Positions 1 through 12,344 of a stretch of DNA of 64,000 bases are shown here, one piece after another; position 1 is the stretch's first letter, and every line of letters starts with the position of its first letter. The notes below the pieces were generated by a model. That model was given only the letters and a program-made list of their open reading frames with translations. It was not told where the DNA came from and made no database searches. The stretch comes from Welwitschia mirabilis (taxonomy: Eukaryota): the NCBI GenBank assembly GCA_051453625.1, contig JBOZIK010000001.1, positions 47,578,508 to 47,642,507 on the forward strand. Direction: 5' to 3'. Made by a program: the position numbers and the translations under genes.

Positions 1-374
1 AATCTTTCTGTTCCAAACTCTATAAATCACTCTCTCCACTTGTATGTAATGCTGATGTATCAAAGCTAGGAGGCTTATTATTCATTAGACTTCTTTTTCA
101 ATCGTGAATCGTTGCTCAGGGAAGAGCTTCTATGTAATTAAAGCCCTTGGCTAAAGGGTGGTGGTGCAGCTACACTATTGGTTAAAGGAACCAAGAGGTT
201 GAAGAGCTTTTACTACGTCTTGTGAGTGGAGTAGGCTTGGAGATCCAAACCACTATAAATCAGTATAGTGCATTTGTTGTTTATATTTTATATTATCTAG
301 TTCAAATTATTTGTTGAAAGAATTTTTAGAACCCTATTCACCCACCCCCTCTAGGGTATTCAGTGATCCTAACA
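1..374 (+). mobile_element. 3' part of a SIRE/Maximus-like copia LTR (solo or 3' LTR)
   Basis: Ends CCTATTCACCCACCCCCTCTAGG...GATCCTAACA and contains GAGTGGAGTAGG...AACCACTATAAATC, both shared with the LTRs ending at 16106, 35977 and 43315. No PBS follows. Confidence 0.75.
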
Positions 375-399
375 TGTCCAACATTAGAAACGATGTTTT

Positions 400-1500
400 T
401 TTTTCACCCCTTTTTAAAATCATCTCTTTGTTGTTTTTATTTTCAACCTTGCTGTTGTTTCAGTCTATTTGAGATTGGCATCTGTTTTGATCATCTCTGC
501 TTTTGTTGTGTGTTGTGTCTCCTCCTCTGGAATGTGCTCACCTTCATGCCATGATTTTCTAGTGCTTTTCTTCCATTCGATCCAATGTCTCTCTCCTAGG
601 CGCGTCACTTTCCTGATTTCCTGTGATTTTCTTGTTGATCAGTACTATCTTCCTCTGGTTTGTACATCCCTTTGGTGCCTGTGATTTCTTTCTTTTGATG
701 CACTATCTCCTTCTTTCTAATCTGCTATTGGGTTTTGTGCATTACTTTGTCATCAAAAACATTGACCTTGGTTAACTCATTGCTAAGAATCAAAAGGGAA
801 TCCAATATTCCAATGTGAAGGTCGGGAATGTTTAATCTGTAGATTAGAGAATCAAAGGCATTCTCAAAAATATTATTTTGGAGCCAATCCCATAGCGAGG
901 AAAGTAAATTTTTGCCTTAGGATAGCATGGAAAACATCATAATTCTTGTTCCTTGCCATCTTTTACTATTTAGATTTTTGACTTTTTCAAAACCTCTTGA
1001 GTAACACTTGTACTTTTCTAAAGGTTCCTTGTCTTCAGTAACTCCAGTGTACATTGATAAAACCAGTTTTGACATTTTCTTTTTATCAAGTGAACCCAAA
1101 AAAAAAAAACTAATATACAAGAGGAGAATTCTTGAACTCATTCTTAGATAACTGTTCTTGCAACAATGGTATGAGGCTTTATGTATTCCCATTTTTTTAG
1201 TTTAGGATCTTTATGATAGCTTGAAATAGGTTTTATGAGGCAGACCAATCATTGCTGTGATTAAATTACTTAAAGAAATTAGTATTGACCTTGACACCAC
1301 CAATTTCTAGAATTGTGGTTGAACATCTTTACCACTTCAATACTCTAGGATATTCAACCAAATCATCCTCGAGTATTGGTATCTTGCTAGTATCATTTTT
1401 GTGTTTAAGAGGATAGTCTTGCATCCACAGCCCTTGTGTTTTATTATTATTGTTAATGTAGATTAAATTTGTCATATGTACAACAACACAAACTTGCACA
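400..1500 (-). pseudogene. Degenerate LINE ORF1 (DUF4283-like) remnant
   Basis: Minus strand near 850-790 reads ..I.IPDL.LEYW.. across a frameshift, resembling the DUF4283 VWIxxPxLPLEYW motif. Many stops. Confidence 0.35.
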
Positions 1501-2399
1501 GCAGATACCAAAAGCATTGATTTAGAATGATGAGTTCCATAAGAAAGACATGANNNNNNNNNNNNNNNNNNNNNNNNNNNNNNNNNNNNNNNNNNNNNNN
1601 NNNNNNNNNNNNNNNNNNNNNNNNNNNNNNNNNNNNNNNNNNNNNNNNNNNNNNNNNNNNNNNNNNNNNNNNNNNNNNNNNNNNNNNNNNNNNNNNNNNN
1701 NNNNNNNNNNNNNNNNNNNNNNNNNNNNNNNNNNNNNNNNNNNNNNNNNNNNNNNNNNNNNNNNNNNNNNNNNNNNNNNNNNNNNNNNNNNNNNNNNNNN
1801 NNNNNNNNNNNNNNNNNNNNNNNNNNNNNNNNNNNNNNNNNNNNNNNNNNNNNNNNNNNNNNNNNNNNNNNNNNNNNNNNNNNNNNNNNNNNNNNNNNNN
1901 NNNNNNNNNNNNNNNNNNNNNNNNNNNNNNNNNNNNNNNNNNNNNNNNNNNNNNNNNNNNNNNNNNNNNNNNNNNNNNNNNNNNNNNNNNNNNNNNNNNN
2001 NNNNNNNNNNNNNNNNNNNNNNNNNNNNNNNNNNNNNNNNNNNNNNNNNNNNNNNNNNNNNNNNNNNNNNNNNNNNNNNNNNNNNNNNNNNNNNNNNNNN
2101 NNNNNNNNNNNNNNNNNNNNNNNNNNNNNNNNNNNNNNNNNNNNNNNNNNNNNNNNNNNNNNNNNNNNNNNNNNNNNNNNNNNNNNNNNNNNNNNNNNNN
2201 NNNNNNNNNNNNNNNNNNNNNNNNNNNNNNNNNNNNNNNNNNNNNNNNNNNNNNNNNNNNNNNNNNNNNNNNNNNNNNNNNNNNNNNNNNNNNNNNNNNN
2301 NNNNNNNNNNNNNNNNNNNNNNNNNNNNNNNNNNNNNNNAGCAAGGCCATCATAAGCCCTTTCATTCTCTATAATTTGTAATTATTGAGCACGTAACTC

Positions 2400-4580
2400 A
2401 TCATCATGAATCTGTTTCTTTTTTTTAAGCAAAAGCTTGTCAATGCTACTAGGATCATTATTATAAACTAATGTGTTAATTTGATTACAAGCGGATTTCT
2501 TCTTTAAGGATTCAGTTTGTTCTTAGTTGTGAAATGTAGGGTGACATTAAAGCATCCCAAGGATTTGTTTCATTTGCAACTAAAACTAAGACCAGCCATG
2601 TGGAATGCACAAACACCAACATAATTTTGGGAGAAGAATGTTCTTTTATATGCTAGAAAAGGTGTCAATGCAACTAGAATAGAAATCCACAAAGTACTCC
2701 TTGAAGAATTTCCCTTGGACTTCTTCTTCCTCCTGTGTATTTTCCAATGCCACTAGTAAAACATCCCTTGTTTTTCTCTATGGTCTTTCTCATATCTACC
2801 TTCTAATCGCAGTCTTCTCTGCTTTTGGTATCTCTAATTCTTCAATGCTAGCCCCTGTTTCTCTATGTACTGAAGTAAAAGATGAATGACTAGGAGTATT
2901 GAAAGATCATTATTTTATCAAATTACATGAGATCTTTGAAGGGGAAAAGTTTGAGGAACTTGAGGATTTTAACAATAGGAATGTATGAGATAAATAATAT
3001 TGGAAGGTTGAAATCTCTGAAGTTAATTAAAATGTTTGATACCCAAATTGCTGAATTGTGTTTGCACAAAATGATTTTCCAATTAAATTTTCAAGTGATA
3101 CAAGGAATACTTATTCATTTGTTATAGTGATAGGTGTCCTTGAAGTGATAAGTGATATGTCATTATTGGTATTGTCTCTAAAAAAAATCAAGTATCTCCT
3201 CTTCATGCTTTGAAAATTTACTTTTAACTGGTTTTAGAGGATTTAAAAACCCAAGTGCTCATTTTTATTTGCATTTTTTGAACATAGTGCTAAACCATCA
3301 CCAAATTGAATCGCTTCTAAGACATCACGCTTGAGGGAGATCCCTGTTATGATTAAAATGGAGAAATGAATTCCTTCCTTAGCTACTATTTTATAGTGGA
3401 CAGGACTTACGTTAGACAAGGAATTTTCTATTATTGTTATTTGTCCTGAATTTCACCATAAGTTATAATAACAAATCATAGCTTGTTTCATGTTACAGAT
3501 TGCAGTTAACATCATCATACTTCTTTCACCATAAATAGTGCTTCCCCTCCAAAAGAAATGTTGATTCTGCTCAGGATAATAATGCCTCCTTTCTAAGTCA
3601 CATTACCAATGTAAATTCACGCTCCACTAATGTGCAACACACTTTGCCCATCATTCTGCAATGTTTGAGAGTACTACATCTTTTAACTATATCATGCCCT
3701 TTAGAACCACATCCAAGAAATCCAGCCATGCTGCTTATGTAACCTGTTCCTCTACAAATGCCGCTTATTGGGCTACACCTGCACCCATATCTGATAGGTG
3801 TCCTCCATCATGCCATGAAGACTATCTCCAACCTTCATCAAGAGGAAAAGGGGGAATAGAGTGTGATATATTTTAAAAAATAAAAATAAAAAATAATAAG
3901 AGGGAACTCATCTTGGGGTCTTGGGCATCACTTCAAGTGTTGTTGATAGGACATTCCATAAAAAGTTCCAGTGGCTATCAAAACAAAAGGCATCAAAAAC
4001 ACCTTTAGAGACATATTCAGCCTAGATTCATTCTTAGCCTAAAGAAAAAGTATATTGTTTTGGTGTATTCTTCTTTATCAGACCCTGGGAAAGTACAGGG
4101 TCATCAATAGTTAGTTAATATGTAATAACTATTTAAAGGATACAAGCCTTATAAAAGGTTATTTAAATCATCCTCACCAATTCACCAATGTTAAATGTGG
4201 TGGTTGGAAGAACATAGGACATGCGAGTTACAGTCTATCCTAAGAACTTGATAAGCTAGTCCAATTCCCTAATAGTCCCATAAATTAAACCTTGAAAGTA
4301 ACATGGTCTCACTAGGATTCCATATAAAGACCCTCTATTTGATAAAGGTGAAACTCACAAAATGAAGTTAATAAGGATATATTCCATTGCTTTTATATCC
4401 AAAAAAAACAAAGATTGGTTCACAGTTTGTTTGGGTTGGTATTTGTCCAATCAACATTAGCCTCTTTCATTGAACTTGGTTGTTCAAGTATTCCAATTCA
4501 TGTGGTTAATGATCTAGAAGAGGATATCATCGTTGAATTATTGAACATTACATTATCGATATTAGTTTCCATTTCATTCA
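2400..4580 (+). pseudogene. Cluster of 2-3 degenerate LINE ORF1 (DUF4283-like) segments
   Basis: ~4081 DPGKVQGHQ*LVNM**LF (cf. GPWxIxGHxLxVxxWxPxF) then VI*IILTNSP. ~3380-3490 IL*WTG..DKEF..VICPEFHHKL**QIIA. ~2600-2720 MWNAQTPT*FWEKN..RIEIHKVL. Confidence 0.35.
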
Positions 4581-4589
4581 TGATTTGGT

Positions 4590-4726
4590 TATAAAAAAGA
4601 GATAACTTTGAAGTACTGTAGCATTCATGAGCAGCTGGCTGATATATTAACAAAGTTCTTATTAAAAGAGAAGTTCTACTACTTTTGAAATTTTCTTGGA
4701 GTTAGGAAATTTGAATCAAGGGGGAG
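4590..4726 (+). mobile_element. Copia RNase H C-terminus and polypurine tract
   Basis: KYCSIHEQLADILTK..FLGV followed by PPT AAGGGGGAG directly before TGTTG. Confidence 0.85.
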
Positions 4727-5010
4727 TGTTGAAGAATAATTCAAAGTCTAACTTGTTTTTAGGAATATTAGTGAAGTCTTATTTTTAAGTTTAATTAGCC
4801 ATTAGTGGGTCAGTTATTGAAAAGAAGGAAAATTGTTATTGATGGATCAGTTATCGAAAAGAAAAATAACAATTACTGAGTTAGTGGAGTTAGTGGGTTG
4901 GTTACTAAAAAGAAGAAGAACATGTTATTTCCTTTGTATGCCTATATAAAGATCTCTAGTTGCATCAAATAAAATAACTCCCTTTAGAGTACGAAATTTA
5001 TTTTTAGTTT
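4727..5010 (+). mobile_element. 3'-truncated LTR of Ivana-like copia
   Basis: TGTTG start after the PPT, TATA (CCTATATAAA) at ~4940, and homology to 5836-6100. Confidence 0.8.
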
Positions 5011-5835
5011 TATGTTAAGAACCTCCTAAATAAATTTGTCATGTTTAATTGTAAGTCTGCAATTACACCCATGAACATTAATAAAAAATTGTAGTAAAAA
5101 GATGGAGTAGAGAACCCACCCTTGACCCCATATTTCATTTTCTGTTGGTGTGATTTTCAGGTTTATGCAACATCCTTCAAAAGTTTTTTTTGGAGTAGTA
5201 AATTGAGTCATACGTTACATCACTAAAACTATGGATTATGGGATTTGGTACTTAAAAACTTCCAGTTTTAGATTATATGGGTTTATGGATAATGATTCAA
5301 CAAGTTTATTAGATGATAGACAAAGCATTTCAGCAAATATTTCTACTCTAGGATCAGGAATAATAACTTAAAGCTCACAGAAGCAAGCCATAGTAGCATT
5401 ATCATACTTAGAAGCCAAGTACATTATAGCCACTTCAGCAGCTTGTCAAACCATTTGGTTAAGAAGAATAGCAAAAAGCAATGGTGGAAGAATTAACAGT
5501 AATCAAAAAGAATGGGACATGAAAGATGGTGGATTTATCGGAAGGCAAAACTACAATTGGTTTGAAGTGAATGTTCAAGACAAAATTCGATGCAGAAGGA
5601 AGCATATAGAAGCAAAAAGCTTAGCTTGTAATGAAAGGAAATGCACAGCAACATGATATTGATGCAAAAAAACTTTTTCTCTAGTAGCTCATTCTGAAAT
5701 TATAAGGATTATTCTATCATTGGCTACACAATTATAATGGCTAGTTTTTCAATTTAATGTTAAATTAACTTTCTTCAATGGAGACTTACTAGAAGAAGTT
5801 TATGTAAATCAGCCAGAAAGTTTCTTAATGAAAGG
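5010..5835 (+). mobile_element. Rearranged copia RT/RNase H fragments
   Basis: 5010-5470 is RT C-terminus/RNase H start (FSVGVIFRFMQHP, KQAIVALS, ACQTIWLRRI). 5470-5835 is RT N-terminus (AMVEELTVIKKNGT, FFNGDLLEEVYVNQPE). Both are paralogous to 8560-9520. Confidence 0.85.
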
Positions 5836-8800
5836 AAAACTATTATTGAGTTAGTAGAATTAGTGGGTTAGTTATTAAAAAGAAGAAAAACTATTATTGA
5901 TTTAGCATAGTTAGTGGGTCAGTTACTTAAAAGAAGGAAAATTATTATTGAGTTAGCAGAGTTAGTGGATCAGTTACTTAAAAGAGAAAGAACTGTTATT
6001 TCCTTCGTATGCCTATATAAGGCTCTCTAGTTGCATCAAATAAAATAACCACCTTTGGAGCATCAAATTTATTTTTATTTTTTTGCTCTCTTATTTTTAA
6101 AAATTGTATCAGAGTAGGTTTGATAGAGTAAGCAGAGTGTAAACACATGAGTTGAGTAATACACTGGAGAGGAAATTCAATGACTAGTAATGATAATGCA
6201 ATGAGTGTTACACAACCACTCATTCCCATCTTTAAGGGAGGAGGCTATGAATTTTGGAGTATACGTATGAAAACTCTACTCAAATCTCAAGATCTTTGGG
6301 ATTTTGTAGAACATAAGTTTACAAATCCTAATGAAGAGAGTAGGTTGCAGAAAAACAAGAAGAAAGATGTCAAGGCTTTGGTAATCATCCAGCAGGATGT
6401 TCAAAATAGTATTTTCTCAAGGATTATAGCAGCAACCATATCGAAGCAAGCTTGGTCAATTTTACAAAAGGAGTTTCAAGGTAATTCAAAAGTCATTATA
6501 GTAAGGTTGTAATCACTTTGGTGTGACTTTGAAACATTGACTGTGAAAAGTGGGGAATCAATTGCTCATTTTTTGTCAAGAGGAATGGCAATAGTTAGTT
6601 AAATGTAATTCTATGGTAAGAAGATTACCGACCAGACCATTGTTGAAAAGGTACTTAAAAGCTTAGCTGCAAAATTTATCAGTTTTTTCATTTGATGAAC
6701 TGATGGGATTTCTTCAAGCTCATGAGTTAAGAATTAATAGATCGCTTGAAAAGAATGAAGAGAAGACTTATCAAGTAAAGGAGATAATCAGCAAAACTGA
6801 AGAACATGAATGTCCAGTGAATAAAGGCCATGGAAGAGGAGGATTTTGTGGCTGTGGTCATGGTAATGGGAGAGCTAGAAGTAGATATGAGAACAAACAT
6901 AGTCCAATAAAAAAATAAATAAGAATGATGTTCAATGGTATCATTGCAATAGGTATGGACACATAAATACTGATTATTGGTACAAAGATCAGAAAGCAAA
7001 TTTTACATTAGAGAATGAAGAAGAAGATAGGATTTTTATGGCTCATTGTAATACTAACCATAAATTAGATGACTTCTGGTTTGTGGATAATGAATGTTCA
7101 AATCACATGATAAGCAGGAAATCCATATTTCAAGATCTTGATAAGATGCAAAAGATGACAGTGTAGCTTGGAAATGGATAAGAAATATAAGTTAAAGGAA
7201 AAAGTACAGTGGGAATTGAAACTAGCAATGGTAAACTTAAGTTTTTACATAATGTTTAATTTGTACTCAAGTTAGGATATAATTTATTGAGTCTTGAACA
7301 ACTAATGGCTGGTGGATATTCTATATCATTTGATGATGATGCTTTTATTATCAAAAACAAGCAATGATCAATATCAAGATGCTCCAAAACAAAATGTTCT
7401 TGTCGAATGTTTCTAACATGTGATGTTTTGTTCTTACTATTGGTGGAATATATGACTCAAAGCTATGGCATCTGTGATATGGGCATCTCAAAGCCAAGGG
7501 TCTGAAATTGCTAAGTAATAAAGATATGGTTCTTAGACTTCCAAAAATTAGCTCTATTGATTTATGTGAATGGTGCATCTATGGAAAATAAACTAAAAAG
7601 TCTTTTCCTATTGGAAAATCTTGGAGAGTTTTAAAGTAACTTAAACTAATTCAAGGTAATTTATATGGGCCTATGTAAACTACGTTTTTTTATGGGAGTC
7701 ATTATTTATTGCTTTTTTTTGATGACTATAGTCACATGAGCGAGGTATATTTTTTGGAAAACAAGTTAGAAACTTTTGAGAAGTTCAGAAACTTCAAAGC
7801 TAAGGTGGAGAAACAATGTGGATATTACATTAAAGTGCTTTTCACTCATAGAGATGAAGAATTCTTATCTAAAGAACTTAATCTTTTCTATGGAGAAAAT
7901 GACATTCATACAAAGTTAATAGCTCTTTACACTTCAGATTAAAATGGCATCGTAAAGTGAAAGAATCAGACTATTGTAGAAATGACAAGAAGTATGTTAT
8001 AAGCAAAGGGGTTTTCAAATCAATTTTGGATAGAAGCTATAACAACATCTATCTATTTGTTAAATCTTTCTCCAGTAAGGGCTATCATGAATCAAACTCC
8101 ATTTGAACCCTAGTGTGGTAAGAAATGATCTGTAAGTCACTTAAGAGTCTTTAGGTGTATTTCTTATGCTTTGGTAAATTCACAAGTTCATTAAAAACTT
8201 GAAGAAAAATTTTAAAAATGCATTTTTATTTGTTATTGTACTCAATCCAAAGCATATAGATTATATAACCCTTTTAATGGCAGTATCTTAATAAGAAGGG
8301 ATGTAGTATTTGATGAAAATGTAAGTTGGGTATGGTATAAGAGTAAAGAGAAGATGCAATTATAGATTCCTATAATTAATGAAGTCTACTCCAATGATAG
8401 ACAAGAATCAAGACCAACTGGTTCTCCACCTTTGAAGAGTTTTCTAATGAAATACCACCAAGAAATTTTATATCTTTTACTGATATATATGCATCTTGTC
8501 AATTTGCTCTTACTATTCAGATCCTATAACTTATGAAGAAGTAGCTAAAAAAGAAGAATGATGTAGAAATAAATGATGGAAAAATTGATAGGAATCAAAA
8601 AGAAAGGAACATGGGAGATGGTGGACTTACTAGAAGGAAAAACTACAATTGGTTTGAAGTGGATGTTCAAGATAAAATTTGATGTAGAAGGAAGCATACA
8701 AAAGCATGAAGCTCGGCTTGTGGCGAAACGATATTCAAAGCAACATGGTATTTATTTCAAAGAAACATTTTCTCTAGTAGCTCGTTTTGAAACTATGAAG

Positions 8801-9520
8801 ATTATTCTAGCATTGACTGCACAATTGCAATGGCTAGTTTTTCAATTTAACATCAAATCAACTTTCTTAAATGGAGATTTACTAGAAGAAGTTTATGTAA
8901 ATCAGCCAAAAGATTTCTCAATGAAAAGAAAAGAAACAAAGGTGTACAAGTTGAAAAAGGCATTGTATAGATTAAAGTAGGCTCCTCGGGAATGGAATAG
9001 CAAAATTGATGGGTATTTTTAGCAAAATGGATACATAAGAAGTAAGAATGAGCTCACACTCTATGTGAAGAAGGAAGATAAAAAATGATTTTATAATTTT
9101 TTATCTTTATGTTGATGATATCATATATACAAGATCCTTCAATCGACTTGTGGATAAATTTAAATCATAAATGAAGAATGAGTTTGAAATTTTAGATATG
9201 AGTTTATACATTATTTTCTTGGTCTTGAAGTCCAACAAGTAGAAGATGGGATTTTTATTTGGAAAATAAGATATGCCAAGGACCTTCTAAATAAATTTGG
9301 CATGTTTAATTATAAGCCTGCAGTTACACCCATTAACATTAATAAAAAATTACAGGAGGAAGATGGAATAGAGAAAATTAATGCTAAAAGATTTAGAAGA
9401 TTAGTTGGAGGCTTAATTTATATAACTCAAACTTGACCCAATATTGCATTTTTTGTTGGTGTAATTTCCAAGTCTGTGCAACATCCTTCAAAAAGTTCAT
9501 TTTGGAGCAGCAAGATGAGT
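5836..9520 (+). mobile_element. Degenerate Ty1/copia (Ivana-like): partial 5' LTR, PBS, gag-PR-INT-RT, 3'-truncated
   Basis: LTR part with ~51-bp tandem units and TATA; PBS-like TTGTATCAGAG ~6104-6114 (tRNA-Met type); gag YEFWSIRMKTLLKSQDLWD (6180); protease WFVDNECSNHM (~7075); integrase FFDDYSH (7709); RT WEMVDL..KHEARLVAK and LYVDD (~9105). Breaks off at ~9520. Confidence 0.9.
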
Positions 9521-10149
9521 CTTTGATTTTAAAATTATATTCATTATTGAATGTAGTAAAGTGAGTCTTCATTTGTGAGATCAGACAACTAGTTGTGAAA
9601 TTTTATCTTTAATTTTAACTATGCTTTGAAATATCTAGTTCCACTTATAGAACAAATGCATTTTCAAGATCACATATTCAATTATTCTCTAGTCCTTTAC
9701 AACTAGTTAAAATTGCATTCAATGTTGAATTAAATTATCACTGAGTTATCAGTTACCATCAAAAGCTATTGTTCAATCTTACAAAAATAGGAAGGATTCA
9801 TTCATGGAGGTGGTGAAAGCAATGGTGCATGCAGAGGTGAAGAAGCTAAAGGAGATAAGCCTGCAGAAAAATGCACAGACTTGGCAGTACAACGAGCCAT
9901 CAGAGAATGCATTCAAATAATGAAAAAAATTCAAGTAGATATAAAAATCAACTTTGTAGATGAGTGAATGTTTCAGTAATCCTGAGTCTTCTAAGTGTGC
10001 TTAAGAAGATTATGATTGTGAGGGTTTAACTTGAGCTTGCAGCATGCATGAAAAGAAGAAAGCAGCTGCATTGAAATCATTTTTATTACAATGAAAATCA
10101 GTTCTCTTATTAGCATTACATGCAATTTAGTACTATAAACATGACATCA

Positions 10150-12330
10150 AAGGAGATTATGTTTGTAATGTCCATAGTTATTAGAAACATCTCATATGTT
10201 GGAATTTTTTACTATAAAATATTTGTATTACTAGTATGAAATGTGGATAATACCTATATTAAAAGAAATTTCATTTATATATTTAAGAGTAAAACATTTA
10301 TGTACCATAATTTGGGTGATTAATTGAGAGTTATGAGGAGTTAGTAGTTAGTTAAATTGTATGATTCACATGATCCCATGATTTATGGGATAAGAGAGAA
10401 ATATGAGGGAACATATATTATCAAACATTATAAAAGTTAATGAGAAAGTATTTCATTATGGATATCAATTTGGCATAGAACATGAAGTCCCATCTTTTCT
10501 CAATTTCCATGTCATATTTGTCATTAAATCATGCTTAAATTTGATTTTTATCTATGCTAAGAGAGTTGTCCTAATCCAATACAAATACTACATCCTAGGC
10601 AAAAATTACTTTTTTCTTTAATAATATAAAGGATTTACATCCTTTAATATTTACTTTATATCCAATAAGAATGTTTAGATGGTCATATGATTAAAGCTTA
10701 TTGTGATTTTTTGGAAAGATGAATACATAAAAACATAATCCAAACTCTCAAAGTATGTTACACTTTTGGCATGTTCTACCTACAACTCATTAAGTGATTT
10801 TCTATTGGATGACTACATCTAATGCCTCTTCCCACAAAATGAAAATCAAGTTTTAATATGTAACTATTGCTTGTACCATATACAAAAGTGTGTGATTCAT
10901 TCTCTCTGTTACAACATTCTTTTATGGTGTATTTGGGACTATTCTTTGGTGACATATACCTTTCATATTCTAGTACTTATCAAATTGCTTTAAAACATAC
11001 TCCCCTTTATTATTAGTAACCAAATTCTTAATTTCGCAATCAACATCTCTTTCAACTTGATTCTTACATCATTGAAAGGAAGCAAAGACTTGACACTTAT
11101 ACATAAAATGAATTTACAACACTTTCCTAAAATAATCATTAATAAAAGTAAAAAAATAATGGTTACCTCTTAATGTTTTAATTAATAGTTATCTACACAC
11201 ATTAGAGTGCACTAACTCCAACTTCTTTGTGAATTTATTATTGTTCCTCTAAAATGGCTATCTCATGGTCTTAGTTGCTATGCATGAACCACACTCTAGA
11301 ATCTTCACCTTTAGATCACTAGAAACTCCTCTAACAGGGATTCCTCTAAATACTCTTTGGATTATGAATTATTACAACCATAAACTAAAATACCTATTTT
11401 AGATTATTAAAGACATTCTTTTCCATTCTTAGCATGTTAATGCTTTGCCATTTAAGTATATTAGCTTTTCTTTAATTAATTTGTGTTGTAGATCTTATCC
11501 TTATTGGTAGCCCTTAATTTTTCATTTGTTATTGCCATCATGATATCGAAGCATTTCCAAACCAATGAAAATAGATTCTACTTTAGTATGAGAATATACA
11601 AAACATCGCTTAATTGTAATCCAACTAATCTATTTAATGGTTTCACCAATACTATTTTAATACTCAAAACTAGTGTGAAATTTTATCTTCAATTTTAACT
11701 ATGCTTTGGAATGTCTACTTTAACTTATAGAACAAATGCTTTTTCAAAATCACATGGTGAATTGTTCTGTAATCTATTATCCAACATCCTATTGTAGTAG
11801 CTATAATTAAATTTAAATAACTTGTTATACTTACATGATCTCCAACCAGATTAACACCATCTCATTCTTTAAAAGATCCTCTTAGTACTACTTCTTCACA
11901 TCTGTCTTCCATGAATATGATATGGGATGTTAACTCTTTATCATTATTAGAAGATTCTAATGCTTCTGTATTGTTCTCCACTTGATGTTTTTAAGATCTC
12001 ATTTGAACTCATAGGAAAATTTACACTAAACTGCATTGTGGTAATGCATCCAATAGATCTTATACTCTTATTTATCTTTTATGTTTTTTCTACATCTATC
12101 TTCTTGGTGCTACTTATTTTGATTGCCTTCTTTATCCTATTTTTTTGGTCTTAGTGTGTTTACTTATGTGCTATTTTTCTTTTGACTTTGTTTTTTACTA
12201 CCTCCATTTATCTAGCTTTATCTTTTATAAAATTGGTTCCCATGTCCTTCAACTGATGTGCATGATATCGCTTATGAAGACTCACTAAGATATTAGCTAG
12301 CATTTTAAGATTCATGGTCTCCAATATAAT
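10150..12330 (-). mobile_element. Very degenerate copia gag-PR-INT-(RT) remnant
   Basis: Minus strand: protease-region HHVILKKHLFYKL..DVLYILILK*NLFS (~11770-11560) and integrase-end ..LRV(F/W) (~10750). A second short copy of the protease segment lies at ~9586-9690. Confidence 0.55.
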
Positions 12331-12344
12331 GATATCATTCTACA

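Noticed and set aside
1472..2374. Long ORFs in the track at 1472-2374 and 33801-34721
   Set aside because: Made almost entirely of N-gap codons.
9800..9900. Short minus-strand ORF MARCTAKSVHFSAGLSPLASSPLHAPLLSPPP
   Set aside because: 32 aa, low complexity, no supporting gene structure.
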